The notes under the pieces are model-generated. The model saw only the letters and a program-made list of their open reading frames with translations, was not told the DNA's origin and searched no databases. A stretch of DNA of 64,000 bases from Hormiphora californensis (Eukaryota > Animalia > Ctenophora): positions 3,472,001 to 3,536,000 of the forward strand of contig CM035351.1 in the NCBI GenBank assembly GCA_020137815.1, written 5' to 3'. The number at the start of each line of letters is the position of its first letter. Position 1 is the first letter of the stretch. Shown one piece after another: positions 23,320-64,000 of this stretch. Position numbers and translations under genes: made by a program.

Positions 23320-24044
23320 TGGAAAAAGAAAAATCAAGAAGGGAAGAAGACAAAAAAGACACAACAAAATATCTCAAAGTAAAAAAAAGCAAGACCTTGT
23401 TTGGTTGCGCCAACTGTTTGTGTAACACGCGACCAATTTTGGTTTATCCGCTGCAAATAGATCAAAGAATATAAATTTGGGGTGCGCGCGCTAAAGAATG
23501 GACTTTCCAAAAACTTTGAAAAGCTTTCGGAACTTGACAAAAATGTGCAAATTTCAAGTTTCGTCGTTTGAACGCTAGTTTTTGCCTCTTTCACGCCTTG
23601 AGAACCGAAAAACTATCAATGCTTTGATCTGATAACTGTCTACCAAACTAATGCGTTTACGTATTTATATAAACTAGCTCTGGACTCTAATTTATCGATC
23701 ATAGTAGAGAAAAACCGCTTTTGAAAGCAGGAAGGTAGCCGTAAAGTTTTGTCTTTTTTAAGTGTTATCTTACCAATATGCTATAAAGCGGGATATTAAA
23801 TGTTTGATGATGATGATGATGATGATAGTCTTTCTTTGCTTTTTTAAAGTTTTTACAAGTGTTGAAAAATGAAATTCCAGATTTTTTCAATAATCTTAAT
23901 TCTTACGGAGGCCATCGGTAGTCGACATTCGATACAATCACCAAGGGTTTTATTACCAAACTCACAACTCTTTTAGCTGAGATTAAAAACGTTAGCTAGC
24001 TGATGGTCGGTTGCCGTGGAGAAATATGATTTTCATCGACTGAG

Positions 24045-52568
<28,524 letters not shown>

Positions 52569-54239
52569 CGGCATCTCATCCAACACTACAACCCCAGATA
52601 CAAGTGGTGAGTTGCTGTGTTTTTTTATCTTTCGGTACTGGATCATTGACCCCCCCCCCCTCTATACTCTAGCAAGTGTATCACTCCTGACTCCAGACCA
52701 ACTGACCCCCTCTCTCCCTGCCCCCACATGTTGTGCACAACCACTGACCCCCTCTCCCACATATACCTGGGCAACTGAATCAGTCTCCCCCCCCCCCCCC
52801 CCCATATACTCCTCCACTGACCCCCTCTCCCATCTCAGATTCAACAAGAAGACACACATTCTACACGGGGCAGCAGCAGCTAAAGACTTGCAGATAATCT
52901 GTATTATACGAGAAACAAGAGGACTCTATATTCACTTATGTTTGATACAGGAATCATAAAATATTTAAAACACGATTCAGAGGGATTACAGAGAAACTGA
53001 GACTCTGTTAAATAGTGTTCAGTAGGGTAGTATGTGTGTGTTTGTAGTTTACATGTTTCACTAATAATTGTGAACACTCCAAATATATATGGTTGTAGCT
53101 ACATTTTTCTCTCTGTACAGAGACTGATATATAAAGTGATACAACACACCAGCTCCCCGGATATAATGTATGATGGGAAATCTCCCCAAGAGACAATTAT
53201 ATATTTACAATGATGTGTAATCTGTGTATGTAATGTAGTGAAGTGTATGTGAACACACAGCGCCATGTACATGTACAACAACTCTCCACCCAAACATTTG
53301 ATATAATAATAATTAGAGAGAGAAAACAACGAGAAGGATTTTGTTAATTTTTGAGTTACTTTTCGGTGTTCATCATAATATATATTTACAAAATGAGACA
53401 AAGACCAAAATGTATTAGATTTAGAAATAAAGAGAAGCTATTCAGAACATGATTGTCAGGTGATTAATAAGTTCCTGCAACTCGAGAGACTGAGAGAGAA
53501 GAAGAAGTTGCCTGGCCGTTCTCTCGAGTGGGCTAATTTTGTATCATCGCTCCATATTTTGAGGGAAAGGAACTGAGGGAATCTCTGTCAGCGCATTCTC
53601 TGACCTCGCTCCGTTCTTCTGGGTGCGAGAAAGGGGTCAGTGTGATGCCTGACCGGAGATCATGGCCCTACAACTCTATGTAGAACATGAAGTTCTAGTT
53701 GTGGCTCAAAGTCAATGAACTCAGTTGCTTTCCCCTAATATAACTTTATCTGCAGCAACACAAAAATGATAAGCCTCCAGTTTGTAGATTAAGAACCTCT
53801 TTTAACATATGATCCATCATTACACAGAAAAATTTCTAATTTTTAAGTATTTGATTGATTTTTATATGGAAAAAAAGAAACTTGTTTCATGTGTTCGCTT
53901 GTATGGTATCTTCTACAAATTTCTCCTGGCTGTATCTGCCATATTGTAACAGTAAAATATTCAGTGAATATTTCACTGAGAAGATACCATATTCGATATT
54001 TGATATTACAACTGCTACTAGCAGTGCTAGGCCATTATATAGAACTCTGCAATATGAACTGTCAGCACAATGCCTGACAGGGCTCACCGGAGCTGCAGAG
54101 CATGTAAAAAGTGCAAGTGGTTTTTGCACGTGCATGTTCTAAGCGCTTCTACTATAAACGGGACAAACGTATGGTAAGCAATGGTTGTGGCTCAGAGTAG
54201 GACCTCGCGTCGGTACCCGTACACGGCCCTCGCAGTCAC

Positions 54240-54298
54240 CTGTCTGGCGCCGCCGACCCCATCTGAACTAGGCCTAGGTGTCTAGCGCCGCCAGACAG
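54240..54298. mobile_element. 59 bp mini-MITE (CTGTCTGGCG...CGCCAGACAG)
   Basis: 10 bp TIR and perfect 8 bp duplication gcagtcac; immediately followed by an inverted copy of the CTGTCAG family (54307-54390). Confidence 0.85.
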
Positions 54299-54439
54299 GC
54301 AGTCACCTGCCAGGCCATTGCTCTGACCACAGTTCTCGCGCTTTGAGAGAAATCAGAATAGGATCCTGGGCAAGGCCAATGCTCTGACAGGCAGATGGTC
54401 ATTGTTGTTGTTGTTGTATGCGCCTCCGCTTCCAATCCT

Positions 54440-55563
54440 CTACTTGTGATTTTATCCCGTCCGGCAGCCAGTTCCTCACGCCCGAGAAGGACGGAGCTCA
54501 GGTTCCAGAGTTTCCTCTTTCCCCCGGGAGAGTTTTCTTCCTCCGTCTTATGTCCATGGTTTTGGAGATAAGGGTGGAATCGTCTCCCATAACTATCTTA
54601 ACAGGTCCCATGAAGAGGACCGCACCAGCACTGTTTTCACATTGTGCCAGTCTCGGATATCTCCAGCGACCCTTGGTGAGTGGCATCTCAGCATTGATCG
54701 CTCTAGATGTGGCCTTGGCTAGGACAATTCGGACGCTCCATTGACTATGGCACCTTTGTAGATTTTGCGCTGCCAACCTCTGATTTGTAATCAGTACTCC
54801 ATGTGGGTTCATGGAACATCACTTTTTGTTCGTGATGCAGATGCAGCGTCCGGCCGTTCATGGGGTAGTTAGGGCAGGTTCCTTCCCAATTAACGGAACT
54901 CTGGCGTGTGAAATGTTTAGTGGGTTAGGTATCTATGTGCGTCACTCATAGAAATTTGTTTTGTAGCATGGGATAGTGGTTTGTTCTGTTTGTTGATCAG
55001 GTTTTTGTGGAGGCTTGTTTGTTGGTAGAGAGTGATGATGTTGGTTTGTTACCTTCATCGTTTGGGGGGTAATCGCCATTTGGGAATCTCCTACGCTTCT
55101 CATGGACTTTTGAAGAAGCGTAGGTAGTAGCGAGGCTACTGGTTAGTGTAGTTTCTCCCTGTTGGGCTACGGAAACACCCCTTGAGTTTATCTCGACCTC
55201 GGCGTGGGAATTTTGCCGAGAGTCGGTGGTAGCTAACCAGTTATGACCTAGCTTGTTAGACCTTTTATACCTGTCCAGAGGCTAGGTGGACAGAAGGTAG
55301 AGGGGGGCCAGTTGAGATTAGACCTCCTCCAGCCTGGACTTTTGCTGGAGGACGGGTTTTGGCCGGTATTTAGCCATCTACTTTGGCCCAGTGCACAAGG
55401 CTGGGGAGATGGTGTAATACCGGCCGGGGGTATCTCTATTCAGAGAGAGATGAGTCATGAGCGGATTAGAGAAAGGAAGAGAGAAAAACACACCACCCAA
55501 GGAGGGCAGCTCTGTTTCCTTGGAGTGGTATGTGAGATGCTCCAGGCAGTTCAAGAGCTTCAT
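54440..55563 (-). CDS. Probable multi-exon gene of unknown function; frame breaks, structure uncertain
   Basis: Exon-like segments bounded by AG/GT at about 55500-55615, 55053-55435 and 54440-54900 with open frames (e.g. HNWLATTDSRQNSHAEVEIN, SSVNWEGTCPNYPMNGR...WSTDYKSE); no recognisable domain. Confidence 0.35.
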
Positions 55564-55777
55564 GGTTTACCCCGTATGCCCCGTATGCCGGGTCACCCCT
55601 GAAGATTCCCTGCCTGGTCTGTAGGACACTATTGCTATCTAAAAAATAGACATTAGCCGCGGCCTGCATCTCAAGGGCGTGGGAAGGAATCTCACCCATA
55701 TCACCCATATCACTGATATTATCAGTATGGCCGATGCCGTCAGACAAACAGTCTGGCGCCGCCGACCCGCGCTCTGA

Positions 55778-55852
55778 CTGTCAGAGCATTGGCCTGACAC
55801 ATTCTCGTTTCTCTCAAGCGCGAGAACTGTGGTCAGAGCATTGACCTGACAG
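55778..55852 (+). mobile_element. Mini-MITE (CTGTCAG family) inserted into a copy of the CTGTCTGGCG family
   Basis: Flanks cgctctga / cgctttga (7 of 8); the host sequence cagtctggcgccgccgaccc...gagcgcactg resembles 58945-58979. Confidence 0.8.
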
Positions 55853-56617
55853 CGCTTTGAGCGCACTGAGAGTTAATCTAAAATGACTGAGCAGCATGCT
55901 TGTTTATGAACCTTGGCGTGTTTGCTCGTCTTGCAAACGCGCTCGCGACTAGTAAACACGACATGCAGATCACACCCTGATATTGATAAGGGGATATCGT
56001 GATCGGATATCTGTGAGAGAAATGAGGAGAGGGCCAGGACTGGCCCTCTCCTCATTCCGCCAGGGCTGTCTGGCGGCCCCGATTTGAATATCAAAATAAC
56101 GCACTCAGATGGGACCAGGGGAAGGGGAGTGGTCTAGCTTCCGCTCAGGCATCGAGCTGACAGGGCCGGCCGGATATAAATATACCGAATCAAGCCGGCT
56201 TGATTATCCCTCTCTGAATAGCCACCGCCACTACCAATAATTTAGATCTGGTTGGCGTCGCCAAAATTAAAAAGATGCTTTTGCTAAGAATCAAAAAGTC
56301 TCAATTAGGAAATGAATAATAACATAAATAAAATAGTCTGAAGCAGACTCACAGTCAATGTGGTATCTTAAAAAACAGTTTTCTTCACTCACAATTGAAA
56401 CAGCTCTCAATTCATTTGGTGGCGCAGCCACCCCTACACTGGCCGCACGAAGCGGGCTGAGTAGGGGATCTCATCACCAATCAATTCATGATAGAGACTA
56501 GATGGGAGTATGGGACTCCCACTCAACGCCACGTACCCAACTTAGTGTTTATACCCGGCCCCACAATTCGGTCTTCATCATAACACATGTGAACAATATT
56601 TCTCTCTTGAATGTCCG

Positions 56618-60463
<3,846 letters not shown>

Positions 60464-60872
60464 GGAACTACATAAAATAAGAGGGAGGGGTTGAGATAAC
60501 AGAAATGGTTCATAAGTTTTATTCGATTTTGAAATTAAGATAAACCGTTTCTCAGAACCCACTTTGGCCAACAAGCAGGGCCCAAACTGCAGGGTCACAA
60601 GAAACATATTAAAACTCAAAGTAGTTTGGGCTTGGTAAAATCGTATTATGTACACAGTTATAATGATACAGTTACACCATTTTATACAACTATCTGTAAC
60701 ATTGGTTGGAATGGAGTTAAAACAAACTCTTCCAATTGTGTGTGGGGGGGGGGGGGGGTGCTACATATATATCTGCATGATGTGGTTTGTGTTATAAAAA
60801 CTGGCTGAATAATTTACATGTTATATTATACATCTGTACACTAAGATATCTATCTCTCTTTCCCTATTTCTC

Positions 60873-63285
60873 TCAGCAGAAAGATTTACAGGGCTGCCAC
60901 AGAGAACTAGGTCCCTTGGCCTCGATCACCCTTCCCTTCCTCAATAACTCATCTGCAGTTAGGGGTGGTGGTCGGTGGGGATGGGTTGGGGTACTGGCAA
61001 GCACGACAGGGAGGTACTCTGGAGCTGGTGGTGGTGGTTGGAGTTCATCTTCTTCCTCTCCCTCATACCCAGCTGGTATCTCATCAGTTTCCAACACGGC
61101 GGTGGAGGGTTGTAGGTCACCAGCCGGTGTGCTGTGATCCCCTGCTGTGTCAGTTGGGGTTGCGACTGGAACGAGGTCCTGAGGAAGGGTTAGGTCATTT
61201 AACAGTTAGATCACTCTACATTCTACAATTCCAAGAAATCATCATTATACGGATTATCTAGGTTATCCTTGTCTAGCTCGACCCCCTTTTTGCGAGCTCC
61301 GAAAGGAGGGTTAGAACATAACAAGGGATTATAACCATTGTATAATTCCAAGAAATCATTATTACGCAGTGTCTAATCGCTTACCCGCATAGGAGAGATG
61401 TGTCGAGATGGGGAGAGGAAGTGAGAGAGGGAGCCCTCGGCAATGCCAAGATTAAAGGATGGGTTCATATTGATCAGGATTCTCGAGAGCTCCTTGTTTG
61501 CTTTGGCCGCCTGATACATTCCTGAGACAGAGAGAGAGGGTTACTTTTGCCGGCTTTCGGTTTCTCCTTTATTTGCTTAAATTTATTCAGTTACAACGAG
61601 AATTAATGTGGTATGAAATATTAATAAGCAGGGGCCTGCCAGAAAGGATATTGAAAATACCCCGTACCGGAAAACTCCATAATTATCTCTCACTCTCTTG
61701 TCTATTATCACGGCCCCTCCGTCTAATATAAATGGATTACGAATTCTAAATCCTATTGGTCACTATTATACTTTGTTGCTTTGCTGACTGAGAGAATTAT
61801 ATAACTTCTGTACAGTGATGCGTGTTGCTGCAGCTTGTATTCTGTTGTTTTGCACAGTTATCCTCCCTGTTCACGGGAGTGAACAGCGACTTACTGACTT
61901 GGCCAGGTTTAGTATTTAGCATGATAAACTCTCTGTAAGATTCTTTCTAGCCCATATCATCATTGCCTAGCTAGACTGTGTTTCGTGCGCCCCGCCCCCG
62001 AAACTTTACAAATGTAAAGGGTAGGGTTAGCCCATATCACCAACATATTACTTGCACCCAACTCTAGATCGCGAATATCAAGTCTGGCACAGCAGACTAG
62101 ACAATATACCAAGAGTCTTTCCTACTTCCTAGGTTATCGAAAACAGTGGAGAGTATACTATGGAGGTTGGAATTGTTGGAGCTAAAAATGGAAAATCTAC
62201 AAATGGGGCCCATTGAGAGCAAGGTGTCCAAGGAAAAAATACAAACGGCTAATGCACGGATACCGCACTTGACAACGTGAGTAGATAATTAGTTTTTAAT
62301 TAGTTTATATTAATCAAAATATTATTAACCATCCCTGTGTCGCACTTGTAAATGAGGGTTGATTTTCATAAGTTGGTTACTCTGAGGCCTGACCTTCTTT
62401 CTTCAGGCCTGTTCTGGGATGTCCTAGCAACTCACATCCAGCTTTTGTAGAAGGGGGTATAATCTCATGTCCAGAGGGATACTTTCTTTCTCGGGTAATT
62501 AGCCGTTAATTAATTAGCCGTTAATTGCATACTATTAGGTGTTTAATTAATACTTTGATTAATGAGAATAACCGGAACTTGATTACTATAAACATTAATT
62601 AGGCTCTAATGATTTTTAACTCCTAGGTTGGTCTAGTTCGCGACGCTGATACCCTTCTTGGAGACTGCTGCCCGAAAAACAACAGAAAGAAACAGCTCCG
62701 GGTTGAGGAACCACTAGGAATCCAATCATACCGGCCAAGGGAGTAGAGAAAGACTTCTAGATAGACTCTAACAACAACTAAACTGTGTTCTTGTCTCACA
62801 AAAGACTGCCTCTCCAGGTCCGGAGAGCTGCATGAGTGACATTACCATCATGTAGTATAATGACAACTGTGTGCCTATTTAATGGACTACGGAAGAGAAA
62901 TAATCTGTCGAATTTCTGCATGTGTTTACCTTCTATACTTTTCTGTTTCTTAGTCCTAATGAGTCCTGTTTCTGTGTATAGCCTCAGCGTTACTCCGCCT
63001 CTCACTCTCCAGGGGGTTTTTAGCTTCGATCCTCATCGTTAGAGAACCTAGAGGTTAGACGTAATTTAGTGGAGATTGCTTTGCTCGACCCTCTCTTTGC
63101 TCTCGAGTGGGCTTGAAAAAAATAAGGATGGGATATGAAAGCGATTGGTTATTATTTATTAACATACCAAAGTCGGGTAGTCTAGGTGCAGGTGGGGCAC
63201 GATGGGGACCACCACTGCTCACCGGGTCCTGCTCAACCTCTGTAACGTCCGCAATCGGGGAGAGAGTGGGTTTCATTGTCGCCAT
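60873..63285 (-). CDS. Uncharacterised Pro/Ser-rich multi-exon gene; exon structure uncertain
   Basis: First exon MATMKPTLSPIADVTEVEQDPVSS...PDFG|gt and last exon ...LETDEIPAGYEGEEEDELQPPPP...WQPCKSFC*; exon-like pieces at about 62930-63047, 62650-62755 and 61386-61521. Confidence 0.4.
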
Positions 63286-63678
63286 ATAGTTGTTCAAGGG
63301 GTGAGCAGAAGCTAGGGCAAGAACTTCTTGTTAGAAATGTAAAGCAAGTATTGGAAGGGAAATTGAGAAGTATAAACAGCCGATTCTTGAGGAAAAGTTG
63401 TTATAACATTCAGAGCAGCAATTTGTACACACATATCACAGACGTATAAAGCATATTGGAATGAGGTATTACAGAAAACATTATCTCAACAAAGATCATT
63501 TACACAAAACTTCTTCTTTAAACATTTATACAGAAACACATATCACAAACGTACAAAGATTGGAATAAAGTTATGTATTTTTAACGGAAAACACCAGTAT
63601 ATCGATAAATATTTTCCCAAAACTTCTAATTTCAATAAACTAGGTATACATGTGTTACTCTCCATTCTCTATCTATTC

Positions 63679-63859
63679 TCACTCTACTTTGGTGCACGAG
63701 GCAGTAGCAAGACGGTCCGCGGGGTCAGGGTGAAGCTCCTTGACAGGGGTGAGGCTAAAGGACACATAGTGTCGGACTTCCTGGATACTACCACAGAAAG
63801 GTTTGTCAGTTTTGTGAAGTTTGTCAAGAATGCCAATGGTGCCAAACCAACAATTAAAC
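63679..63859 (-). CDS. FAXDC2: Last exon of a fatty acid hydroxylase domain protein (FAXDC2-like); rest lies beyond the window
   Basis: After an acceptor: FNCWFGTIGILDKLHKTDKPF...RHYVSFSLTPVKELHPD, matching the FAXDC2 tail FNxxYGxLGxLDxLHGTD...RH...TP...PD. Confidence 0.7.
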
Positions 63860-64000
63860 CTGGGGGTAATTAGATTTTAACTTTTATAATGTGATACATT
63901 TGCCAGTTTTATCGAACCACAGATATTTTCCTTCCCCAGAAGTCAGAACAACACAGAATCGTATCATACGATAATGGGAAGAGTGCAGTGTCATATCATT

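Overview
Intron-rich, compact eukaryotic (animal-like) genomic DNA with many (AG)n microsatellites; the overall style suggests a ctenophore, but that is inference only. Left third: seven closely spaced minus-strand genes (large multi-zinc-finger gene > OTUD7/Cezanne-like deubiquitinase > mL41 > Rab3 > RABIF/Mss4 > SNRNP48-like > PWP2), each with a splice acceptor just before its ATG, plus an intronless carbohydrate-sulfotransferase-like gene nested antisense in an OTUD7 intron. Middle: MED13 on the plus strand, whose ~17.5 kb intron holds a badly error-ridden CR1/L2-type LINE and a complete 9.0 kb Helentron/Helitron2 rolling-circle transposon. That element is the most unusual object here: its 2089-aa ORF reads signal-peptide leader - 2A (DVETNPGP) - HUH Rep - PIF1 helicase - possible Cys-His protease, it carries a second spliced CCHC zinc-knuckle gene, it is flanked by a ~235 bp direct duplication, and a ~380 bp non-autonomous partner sits in an OTUD7 intron. 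Right end: a second minus-strand run (FAXDC2 last exon, an unknown gene, ESS2/DGCR14, an unknown gene). Many MITEs and foldback elements, including a family of 57-84 bp elements with 8 bp target duplications. Single-base frameshifts in several genes are most likely sequencing errors. Exon boundaries were read by eye and are approximate; no database searches were run.
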